Source: Oikopleura dioica (Eukaryota > Animalia > Chordata). Taken from it: a DNA stretch of 64,000 nt. The position numbers were made by a program, and so were the translations under genes. Positions 22,931 to 34,733 of the stretch are shown in pieces. The stretch covers positions 3,472,001-3,536,000 of the forward strand of contig OU015566.1 of assembly GCA_907165135.1 (NCBI GenBank). The letters are read 5' to 3'. Under the pieces are notes generated by a model, which was not told where the DNA came from, did not search any database, and worked only from the letters and a program-made list of their open reading frames with translations. Within the stretch, counting starts at the first letter, position 1. The number at the start of each line of letters is the position of its first letter.

Positions 22931-25900
22931 ATGAATCGTCTTTTGCATCCGAGGACATTGACTCGGATTCAGAAGCAAAAGGTCTCCTCCGGCGGCGGTG
23001 GCGGTGGGGGAGTCAAGTTGATTCTCGGCGTCGCTGCTGGAGCTGCTGGCGGAAATTGGGTCTACAAGAATTACGTCAAAGCTCCAGAATCTAATGGTAA
23101 TTAGACTTGATGCGGATTTGAGGCGGAAACGCGGCCAAATCAAATGTCTCCTTTAACCCTCTCCTTTCAGATCAGAGCTTCTCCAAGTACATGCCAAAAG
23201 CACCAGAACTACCTCGTAAGCAACACAAAGGAACCCAGGTTCAACATTTATCAAACCAATTCGCATGCCCTTTACTTCCTCATTTATCATTTATCGTGAT
23301 TCGTCGTCGATTGCTTTCAGTTTTTTCATCTTGAATTTTGTAGCGTTTCTAAAGAACTTGGCAAAAGTTGAGTCGCCAGAAACTTCCACCCAAGCGCCAG
23401 CTCCCGAAGTTCGGGAGGCGGCGCGGGAGGAGCTTTCGTCTCAACCAAAAGAGCCTGAACCCGAACCCGAAGTCGTTTTAGCCAAAGAAGAGGAAGCCCC
23501 GGCCGCTGAAGAAATAATTGAGTCAGTTGTTATCGAAGAGACGGCAGCTGCTAGCAGTGAAAAGGTTGAGGAGAAAGAAGACCAAGTTGCTGAAGAACGA
23601 GTCGAAGAAACTGTTTCTGCTATCGAAATTGAACCATTAGGTAAGAGCAATTTATTCGATGATCGAATTTCGATCAAAGAAAGGCTCATTTATCATCGCA
23701 CTCAGTTTTCCGGAATCTTTTTTTGGATAAAGCCATAAGAAAGCTCTTTCAGAACCCTGACTTTCATAAAATCTTTAGATAACGGACGTTATCGCCTTAT
23801 CTCTCTATTTTTTAGCCGACACAACACCAGAAAACACCGAAACCCTCCCCGAAGATGCGCCCCTCGCGGAAGAAATCACTGAAGCCGTCCCTGCTGAGCC
23901 AATTGAGCCGGAAAGCCCAACAGAAAGAATCCTCAAACTCGCCCAAAATGCCTCCCGATCAACAAAAACCGCTGTCGAAGCGCTCAACTCCTCCTCTTCT
24001 TCGATCGAAAACTACATCGCGACTAAAAGCGGCTCTTCTGTCCGATGCTGCGCCTGATACAATGGCTGCTTTCTGGCTTCAAGTCACTGAAGCTGGTAAA
24101 CGAATGTCTGCAGCTGAAGCCACCGTTGAATCAGTTATTGCTCAAGCTGAATCGAACTTGGCCGAGTTGAACAATTTCGCGAAAGAGAACCCCGACTGCG
24201 TGGAACTTGTCAAGGACGAAATTGAGTCACTGAACGAGGCATTCTCCAGCGCCACAAGCAAATTGGCGACTGTTTCTGAGACGATGGCTAACTTCCGTAA
24301 AGTGGAGGATGAAATCCAAGAGTCTGTTAATGAAAGAAGAGAGAAATTCAAGGAGCTTTTTGGCCAAGAACTCAACAACGACGGTGAGTTCAAATATCGA
24401 TGAACAATAAATTATTGTTCGGCTTGCATTTGAGAAGTTCGTTGAAAATTTACCCAATAAATTCAGAAAGCGTGGATAATCTGTGCAGTACATTCAACGA
24501 CAACGATCTCAAGGGCCTTATTTTCATCGCTCAGAAACGCCTTGAATCCGTCGCTCGAGAACTCAAAGAGTTAAAGGAAGTCCAAAAAGAAGAAATAGAG
24601 AAAGCGCTGGAAATGCAGCGAGATGAGCTCAGATCCCAAGCCGAAATCGAACTCCAAAGAACCATTGAGCTGCAGGAGCAAATGCTTAAAGAGTAAGTCA
24701 TGTTTTCCTGTACGGAAAGCCTGAGTAGGGGTTTGAAAACAGCTTAATGAAAAGCTTCTTTTTGACAGGTTTCTTGTAAGCTTCTTTTGGACCCTGTCTC
24801 TGGTTTAGTTCACAGTTTGTGGAACCTAGTAGACGTCAAATTGAAGGAACTTCAATTTTTCTCTTAGCAAACGGGTTGAAATTGCAGAAGAATTGAGAGA
24901 AGAGTTCGAAAACGACCTACGAAAGCAGCTTGCTCGCCAAACCGCTGCTCATTCCACACACATCAAAGAAGAACTCGATTCGCAGGCCGAAAAACTCAGA
25001 GTTGAAGCGAACGAAACAATCCAAAAACAACTCGAAGAAAGTGAAGTTCGCTTTTTGGAAGAACTTCTTACAGGTAAAAATGCGTGAAAATAACTGTCGG
25101 AGCCAGGTTTTGTAGAGAGAAACGCGAGCATCGAATCTTTGGAGAAAAAGCAGCAAGAATACGCGGCGACTTTAGGCCAGCTTTTAGGATATGCGAATGG
25201 CGTAGAAAGCGCCTTGAATGATCGACAAAAAATTGAATTGTAAGTAAGAATTATTTGGGAGTTATATTGGCTAGACTTCGGGAGATCTGGCCTTTGCAAC
25301 CGATAAGAGAACCTGAGTCGGGGTTCTGATGGAGATAAATGATTTATCTGAGTTGTTTTTGCTTTCAGGATCCTTGACTCAGGTTACGTGCGCAGTTGAG
25401 TTGCTGAGTATTTGCTTTTTCAATCTTATCATTAGTTATCTTCCAATATTTGATTATCTTTTCAGAACTGTATCAAATCTTCAATATCTCGTCCTCTCTG
25501 TGGAAGAAATGCAATCAGCTGTAATGGAACTACCTCTCAAAGTAAGCTCTTCCCCTCCTTTTCCTCTCATCCTCCTTTTCAAGCCGCTTTCCTGTGTCAG
25601 AAAACTTGTACAAGGCATCGAAGATCAAAGTGTCCACGCAATCATCGACTCAATTCCATCAGAAGCGCTCGATTCCGGCGTTCTATCTCCCAAAGCTCTT
25701 GAAAGCACCCTACCTAGGTACTGCTTATGCCCTTTTTAACAGAAAATGATTAGTTGTTTCAGATTACTCGAGGCCGCTAAATGCCAGCACATGATCGGAA
25801 AAGATGCTCATGGACTATTTGCGCGACTGAGAAGCTCTGTAACGAATAAATTCACAAACTGGTCGAAGCCAGCTGCGATTTCTGAGAGTGACTCGGACTT

Positions 25901-26160
25901 GACACTTGATAAGGTAAAAGCGGCTTTTTGTTTTCAATTTTAACTCTTATTTTTAGCTCTTATCCGCTGCGAGCCACTACAATCGCGAGGGCGACATCGA
26001 ATCCGTCACACGAGTCCTGAACCAGCTGACTGGCGAGCCGCGAAGAATCGTGGCCGACTGGCTCAAAGAAGCCCGTCTCTCCCTAGAAGTCATGCAAGCC
26101 CTAGAAGCACTTTCAGCAGTCGCCCAAAGTCAAATTATCTCTGCCCGTTCATTCTCCTGA
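22931..26160 (+). CDS. IMMT: MICOS complex subunit MIC60 / mitofilin
   Basis: Mitochondrial presequence and TM (GVKLILGVAAGAAGGNWVY), acidic linker, coiled coil (EFENDLRKQLARQTAAHSTHI), and mitofilin C-terminus (EGDIESVTRVLNQLTGEPRRIVADWLKEARLSLEVMQA). One apparent frameshift near 24020. Confidence 0.92.
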
Positions 26161-26456
26161 AAGTTGAAAAATTCATCCTTCTTCAAACTATCTCCTTTCA
26201 AGCCATCTTTGGCCAGTTATTTATTATTTATTGACTTCGACATTCGTGAAGTTTTTCTGTTTTTCAAGTTCACAAATCCCACGTAAATAAACTCACTATA
26301 AAACACGAAAAGTAACTGTTGAAAAACGTTTGTTAATTTGAACAGAAACAAAAATGAGCAGGGTGCGCTAAGTTTTTCTTTTCAGTTTTTCGGTAGGACG
26401 AGCTTGATAAGTTTTTTCGTCCGCGTTTTCGTCCGTTTTGCTGGTGATACGGCCTA

Positions 26457-26595
26457 ATTCTTCGGGTGGATTCTAGAAAATTTGCCGAAGAATCACTGTC
26501 AATTTTATCATTAATCCTTCGGTTCAAGGCAATTCTCAATCAACCGAAGAATCAGTGTTAGTGAAAGCATCAATTCTTCGGTCTTGCCGAAGAAT
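26457..26595. promoter_or_regulatory. Homotypic cluster of CCGAAGAAT sites upstream of the Myb/SANT gene
   Basis: ATTCTTCGG at 26457 and 26573; CCGAAGAAT at 26485, 26544 and 26587; one variant at ~26515. Confidence 0.4.
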
Positions 26596-26691
26596 CACCC
26601 CATACCACGGTTTTGCTTCCGTCCGGGGACGATCTTTGGTCCTCGTCCGTCATTCGTCCGGGAAAATTAAAAATTTTGGACGAATCGAGCG

Positions 26692-27754
26692 ATGAATGTC
26701 GAAGACAAAGGACGAAAAAGAGGAAGAAAAAGATGGAACTCGGTAAGTTTTTCTGATACTAGTTTTTCTTCTTCTTCTTATGACTCATAAGTTATGATTA
26801 AATATTATTTAGGCGGAAACTCGACGATTCATCGAGACGCTTAAGGTGTACAAAGACGAAGAAAACGTCTGGGCACTTTCTAGCGCGGCGTTAAATGACG
26901 GAACGACCAATCTTCAGGCGCGAAGCCGGTACAGAGTGTTACGATCAAAAAACGACCCGCTGCTTGGAAATTTTAGGTTGTCGCCCAAGAGGAAAGGCAG
27001 AAAACCAAGAAGCAAGAGCGTGCCGGCAAAGAGAAATGGCAGAAAAGAAGATGTCGAGAAAAAGGCCCCGAAAAAAGATGATGAAAAGGAGAAAGATCTC
27101 ATCAGATCGACGGAGACTGTTGAACAGAAGAAAGCGAAACCAACCCAAAAAGAAAAACGAGATCATCTTCACCGACTTCACGAGCTCAACAGGGTCGAGA
27201 AGCAGGTAATCACACCTGTGCGAAAGCCGAAGGACTTTCGCCCAGAACCAGAAGAAGGCACCGATGAAAACCTAGAGCCATTTTCGACACCTGCGAACCA
27301 AGGCCTTTCAAATCATGCCTTTCGGACGCCACAGATGAGCGCTTTCGCGACTCCTGCTCCAAGCACGTCAGCTAGCTCTCCTACAGGTTTGTCTTATTTT
27401 AAGAGCATTTTCTATGAACAAATTTAGGCTGCCGATTTCAAACACCAAGCGTCGTTGATTTTTCCATGGAGAAAAAGTACATCGAAACGCCTACCGCGAA
27501 GATGTCTAAGAAACAAGCAGCAGATCGAGTTCGAAATGCAGAATTCATCAGAAAAGAAATGGTAAGCTTTTTTACTAGATTTCGTGGGGATTAAGTTGAT
27601 AATTTAATTTCAGGAGAAAAAGAAGCTTGAAACAGACCTTTTTGACGTCTCGGGTAAAAAGCGCCGCGAACTTATGAAAGCGACAAAAGAGCTTCCTTCC
27701 ATCCAGCAACAAGCAAGCGCGGGCGAAGACGAGCTCGACGAATATTACGATTAA
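26692..27754 (+). CDS. Single Myb/SANT-like domain protein with a Lys-rich, S/TP-rich body
   Basis: Exon 1 MNVEDKGRKRGRKRWNS splices in phase 0 to AETRRFIETLKVYKDEENVWALSSAALNDGTTNLQARSRYRVLR (W-x19/20-W-x19-Y spacing typical of SANT/Myb). Four exons, ending DELDEYYD*. Confidence 0.7.
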
Positions 27755-28161
27755 AAGTGACTCAAAGTTTGCCCAAAATGACCCTTTTCGCTGTCTTCTC
27801 AGGTCACGTGTGACGTCATTGTCTGGAGTTTTTTGGCCAAATCTAGATCACTAGAATCAGAATTTTCTGGGCTTTTTTAAGAGCCCAAAAGGGATAGGTC
27901 AATTTTTTTGCTGCAAAAAGTTTTTTAATTTCATTTGATGCTTCTTTTTTGCTTTTTACTGCCTATTTTAAGCTTTCTACCTGCCAGTGCTTCTGTATAT
28001 TGAATGAACTTCATTCAATGAAGTTTTGTTTTTTTTGAAAATAATGTTCTTGTTCCTCAAGTCTCAACTGAAGCCCGGAGTCTGAGCCCAGACTTAGGTC
28101 AAAACAACCAAAACACAAATGCTTACTCAATTGTTCAATTCTAGATTGAATAGAAAACGCC

Positions 28162-31100
28162 ATGTTTACGAGAAACTTCGACGACAGTGGAAATTTTTAC
28201 TACCAACGAGCTGGTGGAGCGCCGATGCCTCGAGGAATGCGGTCTACTTTTTCGCGCGAATTCGCCGCTTATTCTGTTATGATGATGCCTGGCAATGAAA
28301 GACCTGATGTGAACGCGGTGAGGCTCTATCAAGAGGACTTTTAATCGAGTTATTTCTAGGGAGGAAAGATCATTATGCCGCCTTCGTCGTTGGAGACGCT
28401 CTCTAGGTTGAATATTTCGTATCCGATGCTCTTCAAACTTGAGGTAAGAATAAAAGCAAGGGGACTGGAGGGGGTTAGACATGAAAATTAAAGAGCACTG
28501 CTCTTACAGCAGGATTAAGTTTTTTACTTGAACTACAAGCCAAGGTGGACTTTCAATTTAATCTGCCAGATTTACTATTGGATTTCCGGGAAAAGTTTCC
28601 ATTAGACCCCCAGGTATCATACCTTTTAGAATCGTCTTGAGCTGCTCTTTTGTTTTATGGAAGCCGATTTTTGAATTTCGGACATTTTATCGGTTTTTGT
28701 CGGTTTTAAGTCAAATTATCGGCATTTTTACGTTTTCACAATCAATATCAATAGAGAATGATAAATATTTGTTGAGAGAGTCATTTCACCGGTATTTGTC
28801 GGTTTTGACGCCGGTTTTAAGCAAAATTATCGGTTTTTCTCAGTAAATGGATCATTTTGGAAAAATTAACAATCTAACCTTGATCGGGCGCTGCGACAAG
28901 CGTTTTTGAAGGGAAGTACGCTTACGCGGCGGCGGAGTTGGACCCATTTTCGGTCCCGAAAAGTAATACTTACATCTAAATTTATAAATTCTTAAATTTG
29001 TTAGGAGCTGTTCATATTTATTTGGCAGGGTTGGATATTTTGAACTGTTAATTTTACAAAATAAAACGATGTCTTCGTTTTACGAAGATTTGAGGTAATT
29101 TTATCAATAAATAGGTAATAACTTGAACATAATATAACTTATTGAAGGTCGTGAAGGATCCAGTGAAGCGAGGAAGGCATATTACAGGTTGGGCAGGGTT
29201 TTTTCTTCTCGTTTCGTCAAAATTCTTGGACAGTGATCGGTAGTCGGCCTTTTTTGAAAAGAAGCTTTCGCTCTTCCCATTGATTGTTCTCGTCTTTGAT
29301 GAGCTTCACCAGATGATAGGATCTCGATCCAGAGATTTTTTCTGATTGTTTATCAAAGTTCGGGTCAACAACGTATTCGGAAACGTATCGTCCAACTAAA
29401 GTGTAGCCGAGACTGTCTTCTTTTTTGTGTTCCAGGGTTCCAAAATGATCTTTTCTTTCATTTTGAAGAAAATTTACGAGCTGTGATGCAGAATCAACAA
29501 CTCCAATGTTCTCCAATCGCTCTCCATCGAATCCACAGCCACCAAGATGATTGTATTGTCGGACAATATCTTGTTTGACGCATCCGTGGGAGGAGTCGAT
29601 CTCCCCTATGAAATTTTTAAAGGCTATTTATATATTTTTCAACCTTTTCCGTGCCCGGACACTGTTTTGAACCATACAATAGAGTCGTAATCGTGGGCAG
29701 GGAGGTTATTCATGAACCGTGGGAGGCAATGGAACATCTCTTTCGACCAGAATTGAGATTCTAGAATTGTGTTAACCGATATCGCTCCATATTCACAAAC
29801 CGGCTCCGTCCGATTGGACCCACAAGCATTTCTTCGGACCGACAGTTGCTCGGGCAGTTTCAAGAGCGCATTTGATCCCAGCAAGGCTGAATTGGACATC
29901 TTTTGCGACGCGTATTTCGCTGAGAAGATGGTTGTACACCTTTTTGGGGTTGTTGTTGTCGTCAACGCCATAGCTGATGACCGAAAGCATCGGATACGCG
30001 TCCCTCTTAAAGTGCATATTGGATGTTTCGACCATCTCGCGACAGGAGACTCCCATGGCTTAAGAAATATCAGAGAAAGTCCTCGTCATCTCTCAAAAAC
30101 ATCAGATATTCTGAAGTCAGAACTGTTCCAGAGGATCTGGAGGCTCTAGAATATCTTGTCGGAAGATTCTGAAGGCTAGTCAGAACTATTCCAGAAGATC
30201 CGGAGGCTCTAAAATGTCTTATCGGAAGATTCTGAAGGCTAGTCAGGACTATTCAAGAGGATCTGGAGGCTCTAGAATTTCTTATAGGAAGATTCTGAAG
30301 GCTAGTCAGGACTATTCCAGAGGATCTGGAGGCTCTAGAATGTCTTATAGGAAGATTCTGAAGGCTAGTCAGAACTATTCCAGAGGAGCTAGAGGCTCTA
30401 GAATGTCTTATCGGAAGATTCTGAAGGCTAGTCAGAACTATTCCAGAGGATTTGATAGTAATTATATTCCTATAAGACATTTGAGAGCCTCCAGATCCTC
30501 TGGAATAGTTCTGACTAGCCTTCAGAATCTTCCTATAAGACATTCTAGAGCCTCCAGCTCCTCTGGAATAGTTCTGACTAGCCTTCAGAATCTTCCTATA
30601 AGATATTCTAGAGCCTCCAGATCCTCTGGAATAGTTCTGACTAGCCTTCAGAATCTTCCTGTAAGACATTTGAGAGCCTCCAGATCCTCTGGAATAGTTC
30701 TGACTAGCCTTCAGAGTCTTCCTATAAGACATTCTAGAGTCTCAAGATTATCTGGAACATCCTTAAGAATCTTCCTGTAAGAATTTCTAGTGCCTACAGA
30801 TCTTCTAGAATAGTTCTGACCATCCTTCAGAATCTCCCTTTATTATTTACCATAGTCAGTGACGAGAAGCAGGGAATCTTTGTCAAAGGTGCAGTTGCCC
30901 AGGTGTTGCTTGCGGAAGTCCTTGGATTCTCTTGAAAGCTCGTAGTGATTGATTGTCTTCCGTTGAGCTCCTGTAGCGACAGCCCCGTTGAAGATAGTCA
31001 CAGACGACGCTGATGAACTCATCACGGGTCGCCAGTTGCATCACCAATTGTTCTCTCTTATATGGATTCTGGTTAGCATCTGTGCGCTCGATTTCAACAA

Positions 31101-33480
31101 GTTGTGCGTAGGTCACTTCTGTTTCAGGATCGATGCCGTGGAAATGATCTTCGAGTCTTGCTTTGACATGCTCGTATCCGGCTTCAGTATCCTGACAATA
31201 CTCGCAAGAATTTTCGATGCACTTCAACCGGTGGCCCGAGTTTACACATATAGACATTTCAGCAAGATCGAAGTCAGTAATGGGCTCTGTAGCCGAGAAT
31301 CTGTTGATCGCAGAAGTATAAAGCTCCATTTGAAGGTGCACTGGGCAATAGCAGTTGAGAATTGCGTTGTCATCGGCGAGGCGAAGCCATTTCGTGAAGT
31401 TTTCCTTATAGATCCGACGATAAGTGCTGATACTGGGAGGATCCGGCACTTCCTCGTTGATTTCTCGCATTTCTAGAGTTTGTTGTTTCTTTTCATCGTC
31501 ATATTTGAGAAGTAAAACCCAAAATGGCTTTTTAAGCAATCGTTTTCTTTTCATTTCTCCAGCTACTATCGCTTCGTTTCTACATCGAGTATCCAAAACC
31601 GAATTTTCTTCGAAAAAGCGGATCAAATCATCGCGAATTTCCTCATTTTTTGTCAGGGATCTGTTCTTTTTTGTTCTTGATAACCCGTCCAGTCTTTCTC
31701 CAACGTTTCGCTTTGGGTGTTTATTGAAATGATGTCCGACTTCAGAGTAGCGCATCTCTTCCAGTTTGATTTCGCGAAGGTCAACTTCATCAAAATATGC
31801 GGGAAGGTGATCTTTGATACCGCAAAATATCGCTATATTAATTTAATGTATAATAAATTTTGGTTCAAAAGTACCTTGCAGTGCACGAGTAACAATACGG
31901 GCGTTTTCGTCAGGTAAGTTGCGTAAATCTTGCTCAAAAACCGCGTTGAATGACTTTTCGGCGTTCTGTATCATCACCGGAAGCAGCTCCTCCACTTCTA
32001 CTCTTTGCTAATTGGAGGTTAATTTATAATAAATATGAATTTGCTTGTCAAAACAATCCAAAAACTGAAAAAACCGAAGAAAAAGAGAAAGATCTCGCTC
32101 AACTTTGAAAAAACCGACGAAATGCCGATAATCCCATCCCTAGAATGTTCACGGATCGCGTTTCCAACATCTTCTTCTTGTTTCACTACAAATTCTCGCT
32201 CTCTCTCTCCATTTTCCATTTTATTTTCTCTCTTTCATCGTCTTTTTCTCTTTTTCGAAGTCGTTTATAAAGCTTCTCCTCTTATTGGCAGGAAAAACTC
32301 ATATTCAGCCTTATCGAATAGTGAGTCATCAAAATATTTTTGATTGAAATTGCTAGCCAAAGAAAGAGAATTGAAATTCTCTTCGAAAAATAAGAGAAAA
32401 CCGACAATTTGAACTTCAAACCGATAAAAAACCGATAAAAAGTCCGAAATTCAACAATCGGCTTCCATAAAACAAAAGAGCAGCTCAAGACGATTCTAAA
32501 AAGGTATGATACTTGGGGGGTCTAATGGAAACTTTTCCCGGAAATCCAATAGTAAATCTGGCAGATTAAATTGAAAGTCCACCCAAGCTTTCAGAACCGA
32601 GGAAAAGAGCGACAAACACACGCTGGAGTTCTTGAATTCATCGCCGAAGAGGGAAAAGTCTATCTCCCTGGTTGGATGATGCGCAATCTTCTTCTGAACG
32701 AAGGCGACAGAATCGGTAAGATCACCACTCAAAGACCCTTCTCATCTTTTTGTAGCGATCACCTACGCTTCTCTTCCTGTAGCGTCGTACTCGAAGTTCA
32801 AGCCTCAATCTTGCGATTTTCTGGAAATTTCAAACCCAAAAGCAGTTCTGGAAAAGCACCTTCGTAGTTTTGCGTGTCTATCAAAAGGAGACATCATTTC
32901 AATAGGTACATGGCCTCATAAAGTAAGTGGAATGTATAAACGCCTTTTAGACTACATCGGACGGGAGTTTGAAGTCCAAATCGTCGAAACAAAGCCTGAA
33001 GATGCGGTTAACATCATCGAGTGCGACATGAACGTCGATTTTGAAGCGCCCGTTGGATACAAAGGTTCGTTTCCTTCCCTCTTCCCTTCAATAAGAGCAT
33101 ATTTCTAGAGCCAGAGCGAGTCCAGCCGCCAGAAGAAACCCCTGGATCGTTTGGAACGCCGGATATTCAAAAGAAACTAGTCGATTATTACGAAAAGCAA
33201 ACGAACTTTCACTCGTTCCAGGGCAAAGGAGGCCGAATCGATGGCAAGAAAAAGGGAACAAAAGGCGTCAAGGTGAGTTCGTTAATGATCTCGGCGGTTT
33301 ATTGATAATTTGCGCTAGAAAACGATCGATTTGGACAAAATCTACAAACGGGGCGTACCAAATTACGATTGGGATGGGCGAACTCTTCACTACATTCATG
33401 CCAAACCAGCGAAAAAGGCGGAAGAAGAAGCTGGCCCGAGTTTTAGCGCGTTTTCTGGGTCCGGACAAGCTCTGAGGTAG
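28162..33480 (+). CDS. UFD1: Ubiquitin fusion degradation protein 1
   Basis: [83 protein letters not shown], and [13 protein letters not shown] ~4.15 kb intron (28445-32594) contains a transposon. Confidence 0.95.
29217..32219 (-). CDS. Intron-containing DDD/E transposase (Sola-like), with one frameshift in a G run near 30985
   Basis: The spliced product reads ...CYCPVH..C....C..C....[24 protein letters not shown]...[15 protein letters not shown]...[21 protein letters not shown]. Removing GT-AG introns of ~38-42 bp at ~31840-31875, ~29765-29800 and ~29610-29645, plus a ~790-bp intron at ~30060-30850, restores these motifs. Confidence 0.82.
30106..30836. repeat. Foldback array of 63-bp tandem units (two inverted arms) inside a transposase intron
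   Basis: The unit GTCAGAACTATTCCAGAGGATCTGGAGGCTCTAGAATGTCTTATAGGAAGATTCTGAAGGCTA is repeated ~5.5x, followed by a short AT spacer at ~30450-30470, then ~6 inverted copies. Confidence 0.92.
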
Positions 33481-33788
33481 CAAAATTTTTCTCGGTTTAA
33501 AAATATCATTCTCTTCAGAACGAAAAATCAAAGCGAAATACAGCCTCATGAAATTTTTGCAGCACAAATTGACTTGTATGAAATCAGAAAAACTTCAATT
33601 CAAAACTATTTAAAAAAATTCTCTGTCACTCTTCTTAAGCCTAAAAGGACAACTGCACTGGACATCGATCTTTTTATTTTGCGGATATTCAATAAACAAT
33701 GATAAATCAGAAACTCTAAAATTTCAATAGTTTTTATTTACAATTGATTACAGTATAAATGTACAAGCGACAAGTAGCAGGAGTATTT

Positions 33789-34733
33789 TCACTGAAGCCT
33801 GACAACAGGAGCTTTTGGCAAATAATAATCGCAGTTTTCAATCCCGACTTTGTCCATTTCGCTCTCCACTGAAATCGAGCTGCTGTAGCCAGAAGTAGTT
33901 TTGTCCACAAAATGGGAATCGTAGGGGAGCGCTTTTACGTGATAAAGGTCTGTGGCTGAGTTAAAATGTCCCCAAGCAGAAGTCATTTTCTTCGAAACCG
34001 GGGCGTACTGGACTTCTGTGCGGCTATTTCTAGAGCTGGAGGACCTGGAGGATGAAGAGGTAGCATCGCCCGCTTGAAGACGAGGAAGATGATCGTAAAG
34101 ATGAGCGTTTTTTCGAGCCTGGATGATGAGAAAGTCGTCCTTGGAAGTGAAGGAAATGCAGATAAAGGCGACGATGTTGATGCCCAAAATGCAGAAAACC
34201 TCGATCAGGAGCATGGAAAAAAGCGCCGTCCCCCCGAGAGACGAGAACCAGGACGATTTTAGGAGAGTAAGCAGGCCGTAACCATCGGTAAGAGTGCCAA
34301 AGAGGGAGATGAGGAAAGTGAGGATGAAGAGAAAGACGACATTGTTGGTGGCAAAACGCTCTCCGCGGAAGCAGAATTGATCGAAATTGTTCTGAAAAAA
34401 ATGAGTTATTGAGGAAAGTTGCCGCTATTTTATGTTTATTTATAAGAAATGCTTTTTTCTTACCTGAATTCTCGCTGAAATATAGCTAAAAGTAACACAA
34501 GCCGTGCACAGAGCCATTCCACCACACCAAAGCCCTTGCCCCAAAATCGACAAGGGCAGTTTTGTTTCTTCCTCTCCCCTAACTGCTTCCAAGTTCCAGA
34601 GGCGTCCGAAGGTCTCGATTCTCGAAAAAAGGATGATGAAGACGAAGCAATGGGAGATGCAAGCTCCGATGCCAAAAATAGAGAGGAGGATTGTCAGGAG
34701 TCTGAGGGATTTGTTTGAAAGAAGATTCACCAT
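33789..34733 (-). CDS. MS4A/CD20-like four-TM protein with a Ser-rich cytoplasmic tail
   Basis: Four hydrophobic segments, including GQGLWCGGMALCTAC (MS4A-like WxG motif); two exons joined by a GT-AG intron at ~34395-34465. Confidence 0.65.

Larger units (their letters stand above)
28544..32583 (-). mobile_element. 4-kb cut-and-paste DNA transposon with ~180-bp TIRs and an apparent 3-bp CAA TSD; Sola-like transposase
   Basis: CAA|GGTGGACTTTCAATTTAATCTGCCAGATTTACTATTGG ... CCAATAGTAAATCTGGCAGATTAAATTGAAAGTCCACC|CAA. The TIRs are near-identical over ~170-180 bp and enclose a transposase gene. Confidence 0.9.

Noticed and set aside
30214-30780. 188-aa and 159-aa repetitive ORFs on both strands
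   Set aside because: They arise from the stop-free 63-bp foldback unit inside a transposase intron; there is no independent gene signal.
30106-30836. CRISPR-like array
   Set aside because: The units are contiguous with no unique spacers, the arms are inverted, and the context is eukaryotic.
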